Origin: Pseudomonadota bacterium | GTDB taxonomy: Bacteria; Bdellovibrionota_B; Oligoflexia; Oligoflexales; CAIYRB01 | Length of the DNA stretch: 13,330 bases | Assembly (NCBI GenBank): GCA_031416315.1 | Contig: JANOTL010000049.1 | Coordinates: forward strand, 1 to 13,330 | Direction of reading: 5' to 3' | Part shown: piece after piece, positions 1 to 7,633 of the stretch | Position numbering within the stretch: the stretch's first letter is position 1 | Layout of the letters: every line of letters starts with the position of its first letter | Made by a program: the position numbers and the translations under genes | The notes under the pieces: generated by a model | Databases searched by the model: none | The model's input: only the letters and a program-made list of their open reading frames with translations | Told to the model about the DNA's origin: nothing

Positions 1-519
1 GTTTTGCGATCGAGGCGGTCCGGCGCGGCTACGTGTTCATCGTCCAGAGCGAGCGCGGCCGCTATCTGTCCGAAGGCAAATTCGAGATCCTCGGCAAGCC
101 CCAGACCGATGGCTACGATACGCTGAGCTGGATTGCCGCGCAGGGTTGGTCGAACGGTAAGGTCGGGACGCTCGGCTGCTCGTCGTCGGCCGAATGGCAG
201 CTTGCCCTTTCGGCGCTGAACCACCCGGCGCACGCGGCGATGGTGCCGATGTCTGCCGGCGCGGGGATCGGCAAAGTCGGCCGCTTTCGGGAGCAGGGCA
301 ACTGGTACACCGGCGGCGTTCCGCGCAGTCTGTTCACGGTGTGGCTTTACGGCGTGGATAACCCATTACGCGCCGAACTGCCCGGCGGGCTCGATGAGGG
401 AACGCGCGCGCGCGTCGCGCAGTAAAACGACCGTGCCGCGACCAAGCCCAAGGTCGATTGGAACAAGCAGATCCGTCACTTGCCGGGCGAAACGTGGCTC
501 TCCGATCTCGACGAACCAA
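1..519 (+). pseudogene. CocE/NonD-family (peptidase S15-like) alpha/beta serine hydrolase; 5'-partial, interrupted by an in-frame TAA and 3'-truncated
   Basis: The frame from nt 3 reads FAIEAVRRGYVFIVQSERGRYLSEG...DGYDTLSWIAAQGWSNGKVGTLGCSSSA, matching the CocE motifs RG..SEG, DGYD.I.W...Q.WSNGKVG and the nucleophile elbow. After TAA 423-425 the same frame continues as protein-like sequence (NDRAATKPKVDWNKQIRHLPGETWLSDLDEP) to about 519. The later catalytic and C-terminal regions are absent. Confidence 0.8.
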
Positions 520-597
520 ACGCGCATCGCGGACGTAACCTCCTATTTTGGGGGACGATATCGGCCGTGCAGGACGCAGTCCAGCACAAACGACCGA

Positions 598-626
598 TTG
601 CCGCGTGGAAAACCGCCGGGTACAAG
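598..626 (+). promoter_or_regulatory. Possible sigma70-type promoter (TTGCCG-N17-TACAAG) just upstream of ATG 633
   Basis: The hexamers are at 598-603 and 621-626 with 17-nt spacing. The -10 box lacks the conserved final T. Confidence 0.3.
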
Positions 627-632
627 GTCGGG

Positions 633-1436
633 ATGAAGTCGAAACCAGGCGAAACCTCGACCGCCCGCCACTATGACCAACGCGGCGCCGCCGCGCTCAT
701 GGAGCAGAAGCGAGCGATCGGCGCCGAGGCGGTACCGCTATTCACGCGAGAACCGTACAGCTTCGTCGAGCAGATCGTCGCGGCAGAGATCGCCGCGAAG
801 GGGCCGATCAAGGTCTTGGACTTCTGCTGCGGCACGGGTCTCCACGGCGTGAAGATCGCGAAAATGGGCGCCGACGTCACCGGGATCGACTTTTCTCCAC
901 AGTCCATCGTCGCAGCCATCGCGTTGGCGAAGAAGTTCGGCGTCTCGGAGCGCACGCATTTTGTCGAGACGGATTCCCTGCGCTTCTTGGCCGAGCACGC
1001 CGGAGCGTTCGACTTCGTGTTCGTCTCGGGAAGCCTTTATTACTTCGATCCCGCAACGGTCTTCGCGGCGATCTCCGGCGCGCTGCGCGAGGGCGGCATC
1101 TTGGTGGCCGTCGAGACCAACGGCGACAACCGCCCGATGCGCGTCGTGCGGTGGCTACGCTCGCGGCTGTTTCACGATCGTGACGCACAGACGCTCACGA
1201 GCCTTTTTGGCAAGAAGCAGGTCGAGCTCCTGTCGCGAACGTTTACCGTGAACCCGCAAGTGCGCTACTTCGATTTTCTCACGCTGTTCGGCCGATTCCT
1301 GCCGAGTGGCTCGCTCGCGCGCGCTTTTCACGGCGTGGCTGCGGCTGCTGATCGCGTGCTGCTGACGACGCTCATGCTGAACGGTCTAGGATTCAAATTC
1401 GTCTTTGCGGGGCGAAAGGCGTCGCGGCCCGCTTAG
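633..1436 (+). CDS. Class I SAM-dependent methyltransferase (glycan/envelope-locus type)
   Basis: Motif I VLDFCCGTG, then VTGIDFS, FDFVFVSGSLYY and LREGGILVAVE. The start is moved from the ORF-track TTG 480 to ATG 633 because codons 480-519 are CocE remnant and the rest looks intergenic. Confidence 0.85.
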   Translation: MKSKPGETSTARHYDQRGAAALMEQKRAIGAEAVPLFTREPYSFVEQIVAAEIAAKGPIKVLDFCCGTGLHGVKIAKMGADVTGIDFSPQSIVAAIALAKKFGVSERTHFVETDSLRFLAEHAGAFDFVFVSGSLYYFDPATVFAAISGALREGGILVAVETNGDNRPMRVVRWLRSRLFHDRDAQTLTSLFGKKQVELLSRTFTVNPQVRYFDFLTLFGRFLPSGSLARAFHGVAAAADRVLLTTLMLNGLGFKFVFAGRKASRPA

Positions 1437-3679
1437 AGGACATTCAAGAGGAACCGTTGCTGCTTCGTCTCGCCGGCGTCGTCGAACGCTTCGATGACGA
1501 AGTCGCACGGCTTCTCTGCGGACGGTGTTCCGGTCACGACCCCGGCGTCATCCATCGCGGCCCAGGCAGGTCCGGAAACGAGGCGGAAGCGAATCGGCAG
1601 GCCGCTGTCGTTGAAATCCGCATTCGCGGCGTAACGGAACGGCTCCCCGACAGACGCCTTTTGGGGCGGGTTCGTCAGGAAAACGAGGCCTGGAATATAC
1701 AAGCTGACCACTTCGCCAAGCAGAGGCCACGCGTTCCCTGCGGCAACGACGAGTTTGTCGTCGTGGACGAACATGGTCGGAGCGTGCCGCCCGGTGCGAA
1801 GACGCGAGGGCAAAAGCGTCCAGTCGACCCCGTTGGCCGAGCTCCAAACAGTGTCCAAGTTCTGCTGCACCGGCACGTCAGTGTATCCGCCGATGCGCCA
1901 CATACGTCCGCGGTAGACGATGGTTCCGTTCCAGATCGAGCGATCGAAAGCGGCCGCGCCTTGAACGAGCTCCCAATTCCGTCCGTCCTTGGTCTTCCAG
2001 ACGTCCGTGAAACCGGAAGACATGGAACCGGCGTCTGGCAACAAGCCGCCACCGATGAGCCACATCTCGTCCTTAAACGTGACGAGGTTGTTGAAGACGA
2101 TGCGAGGCGACCAAGGCGCCGCTGCCGTCTCTAGGGTCCAAACTCTGCCGTCCGGGGACGACCAAACGTCGTTGGATGGACTGCGGGTCGCGTCGTGGCC
2201 ACCCATGACCCAGAATTTGCCGGCAAAATAGGTGTGGCCAGCGCCGTAGCGCGCGCCAAATGGCGGCTCGGCCAAGATGGTGGTCCAAGTCGCCCCATCC
2301 GTGCTCGCCAAGATCGTTCCGTTGATGCAACCGACCAACATCTCTTCGGCACGCGCGAACGCCAGCGTGATGTCGGTCCCTTGGCACTCGGTGTCCGGAA
2401 GACGCCCGGCACGTGTCCAGGTCGCGGCGTTCGTCGAGCGCCAGACATCGTTCATGAGCGGAAACGTTTGGCCCTCCGTCGCCCAGGCGTCGGCGTTGAA
2501 ACCACCGAGGAGCCACATCGAGCCCTTGAAGACAAGGCCAGTCGCAGAGTCACGCGGGAGCCACGGCGTGCGAAGGTTCTCGTGAAACCACTCTCCGACC
2601 CACTCGGTGCGACGCACGGCGGGTGTCTCGCGGCGGCGGAGCTCTAGGGCGATCGGCCCGAAGATCGAAACGTCGATCTCGCGGCCATTCACGCCACTGC
2701 TCGCGACAAGGTTGCCGTTGACGTCGAAATAGCGGACCTCGATCACCCGGCGACCGAAGCGCATCGGCTCGAGGACGCAGGGACCGGCGGCGAGCTGACA
2801 ATTGGCGAGCTGAACGCCGTCTTCGGTCAGCACGACCAAATTGGATGCGTGCGCTGAGAGCTCAGCTGGCGTGTTGAACTTCAGCGCGGCCATGTTCTCC
2901 ATGATATCGACGCCTATCTCGACCTGAACACGCCCGTCGCAAAGCGGGAATACAAGGGGTCGTGGGCCACCGCTCGAGAGCGAGGCGACGTTACAGCGTC
3001 CCGAGCCTGGGAGGGTCTGCGCCACGACCTCGCCGTCTGCGTCGAAAAATTTGAGGCCGACGTCGTAAACCACGTTCGATTTGAAGATCGGCTGCGTCTG
3101 CCAATTCGCGTCGAGAGGATAAAGCTGGATGACGTCGCCTTCGACGACGAACACCTCACCGCGTGCCACGGAGGGGTCGTTGGGAGGATTGATGGCCAGG
3201 GTCTGCAAGGCCGCTTCGCTGCTGAAGCTCGTCCAAGCGACGGCGAGCCCCAAGCTCGATTCCTGGCGACAGACGCGAAACGCGATGTTCTTGGTGCTAA
3301 ATTTTACGTCGACCTCGACCGGCGGACAGAGGGCGTTGCCACGCTCGGTGGCGGAATGCACGAGGCCGGCAGCGTCGAGCACCTCGACCGAGAAGGTGTA
3401 GGTTCCCTTACTGACGAGGTCCACGTTGAAAGAGCCGCCGGGTGCGGCCTTGAGTAGGAATTGGCCGCTAGCGTTCTTGCCGACGAAAGACACGCGAAGC
3501 GAGTCGAAGGTCTCCCGGAAGTCGATGAGTTTCGTTTTGACCTGGAAAGCCGCCGGGTCCACCGAGGGCGAGCCTTCATGGACGCGGGTGGTTTTCGTGA
3601 GCCCGCATCCCAGAGTGATCGAGAACGCGGCGACCAGGCCGATCATCAACAAATATTTGAGCATCGAATCCAACTTCAT
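1433..3679 (-). CDS. Predicted lipoprotein: three N-terminal beta-rich modules, a Kelch/Asp-box-like beta-propeller and a C-terminal Ig-like (He_PIG/cadherin-like) domain
   Basis: Signal peptide MKLDSMLKYLLMIGLVAAFSITLG-C, with the Cys codon at 3605-3607. Repeated MW(L/V/R)(L/I/M)GG...(N/T)DVW.S.DG..W units span about 1694-2596. The C-terminus FRYAANAD...FRLVSGPAWAAMDDAGVVTGTP...FVIEAFD resembles putative Ig domains. The start is ATG 3679 or ATG 3664. Confidence 0.8.
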   Translation of the reverse strand: MKLDSMLKYLLMIGLVAAFSITLGCGLTKTTRVHEGSPSVDPAAFQVKTKLIDFRETFDSLRVSFVGKNASGQFLLKAAPGGSFNVDLVSKGTYTFSVEVLDAAGLVHSATERGNALCPPVEVDVKFSTKNIAFRVCRQESSLGLAVAWTSFSSEAALQTLAINPPNDPSVARGEVFVVEGDVIQLYPLDANWQTQPIFKSNVVYDVGLKFFDADGEVVAQTLPGSGRCNVASLSSGGPRPLVFPLCDGRVQVEIGVDIMENMAALKFNTPAELSAHASNLVVLTEDGVQLANCQLAAGPCVLEPMRFGRRVIEVRYFDVNGNLVASSGVNGREIDVSIFGPIALELRRRETPAVRRTEWVGEWFHENLRTPWLPRDSATGLVFKGSMWLLGGFNADAWATEGQTFPLMNDVWRSTNAATWTRAGRLPDTECQGTDITLAFARAEEMLVGCINGTILASTDGATWTTILAEPPFGARYGAGHTYFAGKFWVMGGHDATRSPSNDVWSSPDGRVWTLETAAAPWSPRIVFNNLVTFKDEMWLIGGGLLPDAGSMSSGFTDVWKTKDGRNWELVQGAAAFDRSIWNGTIVYRGRMWRIGGYTDVPVQQNLDTVWSSANGVDWTLLPSRLRTGRHAPTMFVHDDKLVVAAGNAWPLLGEVVSLYIPGLVFLTNPPQKASVGEPFRYAANADFNDSGLPIRFRLVSGPAWAAMDDAGVVTGTPSAEKPCDFVIEAFDDAGETKQQRFLLNVL

Positions 3680-3710
3680 CCGGGCCACGGAGTCTCGACT
3701 ACATTTTCGC

Positions 3711-3751
3711 TTAACTTTAGAGCACAGGCGGCTAAGATGCAACGATCGGAG
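3711..3751 (+). promoter_or_regulatory. Candidate sigma70 promoter (TTAACT-N16-TAAGAT) and GGAG Shine-Dalgarno for the lhgO-like operon
   Basis: The -35 is at 3711-3716 and the -10 at 3733-3738. GGAG at 3748-3751 lies 5 nt before ATG 3757. Confidence 0.4.
3714..3742 (-). promoter_or_regulatory. Sigma70-type promoter for the lipoprotein gene (TTGCAT-N17-TAAAGT)
   Basis: On the minus strand the -35 is at 3742-3737 and the -10 at 3719-3714, with optimal 17-nt spacing, in an AT-richer intergenic patch. Confidence 0.5.
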
Positions 3752-3756
3752 ACACA

Positions 3757-5052
3757 ATGCGGGTCGCCGCGTCGGCAGCCAAAAACAGCCAGAATTCGCG
3801 GAAATCGACCGATGCGAGCTCGGTTGATCTCATCATCATTGGCGCCGGCATCATCGGCCTGACGATCGCGGCGGAGGCGAAAAGGCAAGACCCGCGTCTT
3901 CGAACGGTGATCTTGGAGAAAGAGCCGGCGCTCGGCGAACATGCCAGCGGCCGAAACAGTGGTGTAGTGCATGCGGGGATCTATTATGAGCCGGGCTCGC
4001 TGAGGGCGCGGTTTTGCGTGGCAGGGGCCCTACGGCTCTTGGATTTCTGCCGAGAGCACCGGTTGCCTTTGGCGCATACGGGGAAGCTGATCGTCGCGAC
4101 GACGGCCTCCGAGCGCGAGCTTCTGGTGAAGCTCGCGGCGAACGCGGCTGCGAACGGCGCGCGGACCGAGTTGATCGGCAGCGCGCAGGTTCTGAAGATC
4201 GAACCCGAGGTCACGGCAGCATCGTGCGCCCTCCACTCACCCAACACGATGAGCGTCGAGCCGAAGGCGGTGTTGCAGGTGCTTTCATCGGTTCTCTCGG
4301 CCGAGGGGACGAGCGTTCGTTTCGGCTCGCAGGCGACGCATGTCGACCCGGAAGGCAACGTGGTTCAGACTTCGGACGGCACCGCCTTTCGGTTTAGGGT
4401 CCTCGTCAACGCCGCCGGTGCGCACGCGGATCGAGTCGCGACGGCATTCGGCGTCGGCGCGCACTTCGGGCTGTTGCCATTCAGAGGTAGCTATTTCGAG
4501 CTGCGGCCCGGTACCGGGCTGGATCTGCGTGGCCACATTTATCCAGTGCCGCACCCCGCTACGCCCGTTTTGGGAGTGCATTTCACCAAGGCCTGCGACG
4601 GTCGAGTTTACGTCGGGCCGACCGCGCTGCCGGCGCTTGGGCGGGAGCACTACAAGGGCCTTGCGGGTCTCGAGCTGCGAGAGCTCGGGGCCATGGCCCG
4701 CGTCCTTGCCGCGCAGGCGCTCGACGCGGAAAACGGGGCATCGTTTCGGGGTCACGTGGCGCGCGAGCTGAGACATTTGACGCGGCGGGGGATCGCGAAT
4801 GCCGCGCGGAAGCTCGTACCGCGGCTCAAGGCGGAGCACCTGGTGGCTTGCGACAAGCGTGGCATCCGGCCGCAACTCTTCGACCGCGCGACCCGTCGCT
4901 TCGTAAATGACTTCGTGATCGAAGGAACGCCGAGCTCGGTCCACGTCCTCAACGCAATTTCCCCAGGACTTACAGGCTCTTTCGCCTTCGCCGAGCACCT
5001 CGTCGCCGACTGGATCCTCCCACGGTTGCGGTCCGCCTCGGGATCCGGCTAG
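3757..5052 (+). CDS. lhgO: L-2-hydroxyglutarate oxidase (LhgO)-family FAD-dependent oxidoreductase
   Basis: Rossmann motif IIGAGIIG, family signature LEKE...GEHASGRNSGVVHAGIYY.PGSL(R/K)A.FC..G, NAAGAHAD.VA, PFRG.Y, IYPVP....LGVHFT, GIRPQ and HVLNA.SPGLT. The substrate is not established. Confidence 0.85.
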   Translation: MRVAASAAKNSQNSRKSTDASSVDLIIIGAGIIGLTIAAEAKRQDPRLRTVILEKEPALGEHASGRNSGVVHAGIYYEPGSLRARFCVAGALRLLDFCREHRLPLAHTGKLIVATTASERELLVKLAANAAANGARTELIGSAQVLKIEPEVTAASCALHSPNTMSVEPKAVLQVLSSVLSAEGTSVRFGSQATHVDPEGNVVQTSDGTAFRFRVLVNAAGAHADRVATAFGVGAHFGLLPFRGSYFELRPGTGLDLRGHIYPVPHPATPVLGVHFTKACDGRVYVGPTALPALGREHYKGLAGLELRELGAMARVLAAQALDAENGASFRGHVARELRHLTRRGIANAARKLVPRLKAEHLVACDKRGIRPQLFDRATRRFVNDFVIEGTPSSVHVLNAISPGLTGSFAFAEHLVADWILPRLRSASGSG

Positions 5053-5063
5053 AACATGGCACG

Positions 5064-6047
5064 ATGACTTTTTTGACCGCTCTTATCGGTGCCTTGTGTG
5101 GCGCGGCGCTGCAGCTCAACATGCTGGCGGCGCGGCCCGATGTGGATTTGGCGGGGCGGGAGCTCGTCACGCGCGCCGGTGGCGGCGCGGTGCTCGGTGC
5201 GCTCCTCCTCCTCGCGATCCAGGCGGCGACGCGACGGCTCGTCGTGCGTTACTTGAAGCTCGACGTGGAGCGGCAGCGGTTCGCGAAACTCGATCGCTGG
5301 ACGATCCTCGTGTTCCTTTGGCCGTTCGTGGGGGCCTTCGGCGTGGCCGTGGACTCGGGGCACGGGGTGCCGCTGCTGATGGCTTTTGCGCTGGCGAAGG
5401 CCTCGGCCTGCATTTTCTCGCAGGAGCCGGTGGGACGGCGGAAGTTCTTCGTCTCGCGCGAGTGGCTGGCCTCGCTCTTCCTCCTCTCGGGCTTCGCCGC
5501 CCTGATCTATCAAATCGCCTGGCAGCGCGTGTTGTTCTCGGTTTACGGCGTGAACATCGAATCGGTCACCGTGATCGTCGCGATCTTCATGTTCGGGCTC
5601 GGCGTCGGCGCCTTGAGCGGGGGCTACGTCGCCCGGCGCTTCCAGGACCGCCTACCGACCGTGTTTTTGGGCTGTGAGCTGGCGATCGGCGCTTTTGGGC
5701 TCGCATCCTTGCCGCTGATCAAGGCGGTGGGGACGGCGACGGCGGGAGGCTCGCTCGTCGTCACCTCGCTCGCGGTCGCGGCTCTGCTGATCATCCCGAC
5801 GGCGTTAATGGGCGCGACTTTACCGGTGCTCGTGAGCTACCTCGTGCAGGCGCGCAAGCACGTCGGTGGCTCGGTCGGCTTTCTCTATTTCGTCAACACT
5901 CTGGGATCGGCGCTCGCGTCGTTCGTGACGGTGAATTTCCTTTTGGCCTTCGTGGGCCTGCAGACGGTCGTCGGCATCGCGGCGGCGTTCAACGTGCTGA
6001 CGGGCGTCCTGGTCTTCGGCTTCATGCGGAAAGCGGAGGCGACGTGA
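5064..6047 (+). CDS. Multi-pass membrane protein, homologous to the membrane part of 'fused MFS/spermidine synthase' proteins
   Basis: Motifs LFLLSGFAALIYQIAWQRVL...G....VTVIVAIFMFGLGVGAL.GG, PTALMGATLP and VG.LYFVNTLGSALA. About 10 hydrophobic segments. The stop overlaps the next start (GTGA 6044-6047). Confidence 0.8.
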   Translation: MTFLTALIGALCGAALQLNMLAARPDVDLAGRELVTRAGGGAVLGALLLLAIQAATRRLVVRYLKLDVERQRFAKLDRWTILVFLWPFVGAFGVAVDSGHGVPLLMAFALAKASACIFSQEPVGRRKFFVSREWLASLFLLSGFAALIYQIAWQRVLFSVYGVNIESVTVIVAIFMFGLGVGALSGGYVARRFQDRLPTVFLGCELAIGAFGLASLPLIKAVGTATAGGSLVVTSLAVAALLIIPTALMGATLPVLVSYLVQARKHVGGSVGFLYFVNTLGSALASFVTVNFLLAFVGLQTVVGIAAAFNVLTGVLVFGFMRKAEAT

Positions 6048-7633
6048 ACTTCCGGCTTTCATGCGTGCTGGCGGCGGCGCTCGGCTACCTCGCTTTGACG
6101 CAGGAGATGCTCTGGCTGCGTGCGGTCTCGTACGCCACCGGCGGGCATCCCGGCGTCTTCGGGCAGGTGCTCGGCGCCTTTCTCCTCGGCGTCGCCTTGG
6201 GCGCCCTCGGCGGCGAGTACGCGACGAAGCGCCTGAAACGGCCGTTGACGGCGCTTTCGATGGCGCTCGGCGCTGCGGCTTTGATGTCCTGGATCGGCAT
6301 GGCTGCGCCAGCTTACGGCTTCATGCAGTCGCAGTCCCTCGGCATGGCCCTAATCTACACGGGCATCGCCGCTTCGGCCGCGCTTTCAGGCGTGAGCTTC
6401 CCGGTCCTTTGCCACCTGGCGCTACAGGATTCGGTGCAACGCGGCTCAAGCGCGAGCGTGGGCATCGGCTGGATCTACCTCGCCAACATCGTCGGCTCGA
6501 CCCTTGCGCCGCTGTTGACGGGCTTCGTGCTGTTCAACCTGTTTCCGCTGCCGCAGCTCGTCTTGTTCGCGACGGTGACGGCGCTGGTGTTGGCGGCGGG
6601 CCTCGGTTTCCGCCGGATCGCATTGCCCCTCGCGGCAGTCGGCGCCGTGGCGCTCGTCGTCGTCGCGCATCCGCGCCTTTACGACAACTACTTCGCGCAC
6701 CTGCATTTCAAGGACCAGTTCGCGGCGAAGGGTCCGTACAAGGACGTTGTCGAGACGCGAAGCGGCGTCATCGCCGTTTACCGCGACACGAAGCGGGTGG
6801 ACGGCGGCCCGGCGGTCGACGTGATCTACGGCGGCGGCATGTACGACGGCACCTTCAACGTCGACCCGCTGCACGACTCGAACATGATCCGCCGTGCCTA
6901 TATGATGGCCGCGTTGCACCGCGATCCTAAGCGCGTGCTGGAGATCGGCATGAGCGGCGCGTCATGGACGAGCGTGATGACGTCTTACGAGAAGATCGAG
7001 ACCCTTGACGTCGTCGAGATCAATCCCGGCTACCTCCGCGTCGCCGAGGAATACCCGGCCAGCCGCGCCGCGGTGCATCATCCGAAGGTGACGCTGCACG
7101 TCGACGACGGCCGCCGCTGGTTGAACGCCCATCCCGAGGCGAAGTTCGACTTCGTCCTGATGAACACGACGTGGCACTGGCGGGACGGCTCGACCAACTT
7201 ACTTTCCGCCGAGTTTCTCGAGATCGTGCGAGCGCACCTCTTGCCGGGCGGCGTCATGTACTACAACACGACCGGCTCCGACGACGTGGTCCACACAGCG
7301 GCCACGGTTTTTCCGTACGTCACGAAGTATGCGAACTTCATCGCGGTGAGCGACGCGCCCTTCGGTTTGACGCCGGAAGAGCGCCGCGCAAACTTCGCCC
7401 GGTTCGTGCGTGACGGCAAGCCGGTCTTCGATCTCAGCGATCCCGCTTCGGCGAAGCTGCACGATGAGTTCGTGGCCATGCCATTGGTCGACCTCGCGAC
7501 GAGCTATCGCGACCGACCGGATCTGATTCGAGTCACCGACGACAACATGGCGACCGAGTTCAAGAAGACCTCGCGCGCCGGCGTCAACCCTTCCCGACGC
7601 TGGTCGAACCTGTTCTCGCGGGTGCGCTGGTGA
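6044..7633 (+). CDS. Membrane-anchored spermidine-synthase-like (class I SAM-fold) transferase
   Basis: The N-terminal membrane repeat (LGYLALTQEMLWLR...FLLGVALGA, G.IYLANIVGSTL) is followed by a SpeE-like fold: PKRVLEIG, LDVVEINP, VTLHVDDGRRWL, FDFVLMN, NLLSAEFLE.VRAHL.PGG and VTDDN. Confidence 0.8.
   Translation: MNFRLSCVLAAALGYLALTQEMLWLRAVSYATGGHPGVFGQVLGAFLLGVALGALGGEYATKRLKRPLTALSMALGAAALMSWIGMAAPAYGFMQSQSLGMALIYTGIAASAALSGVSFPVLCHLALQDSVQRGSSASVGIGWIYLANIVGSTLAPLLTGFVLFNLFPLPQLVLFATVTALVLAAGLGFRRIALPLAAVGAVALVVVAHPRLYDNYFAHLHFKDQFAAKGPYKDVVETRSGVIAVYRDTKRVDGGPAVDVIYGGGMYDGTFNVDPLHDSNMIRRAYMMAALHRDPKRVLEIGMSGASWTSVMTSYEKIETLDVVEINPGYLRVAEEYPASRAAVHHPKVTLHVDDGRRWLNAHPEAKFDFVLMNTTWHWRDGSTNLLSAEFLEIVRAHLLPGGVMYYNTTGSDDVVHTAATVFPYVTKYANFIAVSDAPFGLTPEERRANFARFVRDGKPVFDLSDPASAKLHDEFVAMPLVDLATSYRDRPDLIRVTDDNMATEFKKTSRAGVNPSRRWSNLFSRVRW

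Noticed and set aside
423..425. Stop-codon reassignment or programmed readthrough of TAA giving a CocE-methyltransferase fusion
   Set aside because: TAA terminates other genes in the window (the lipoprotein and era). The hydrolase would still lack its C-terminal catalytic parts, so decay or error is simpler.
480..632. 51-aa N-terminal extension of the methyltransferase given in the ORF track
   Set aside because: It consists of CocE remnant plus intergenic-like sequence containing a candidate promoter. ATG 633 is the more plausible start.
3680..3757. ORF-track start of the 774-aa protein at 3757
   Set aside because: It would overlap the divergent gene's start, cover the predicted promoter and bury the signal peptide.
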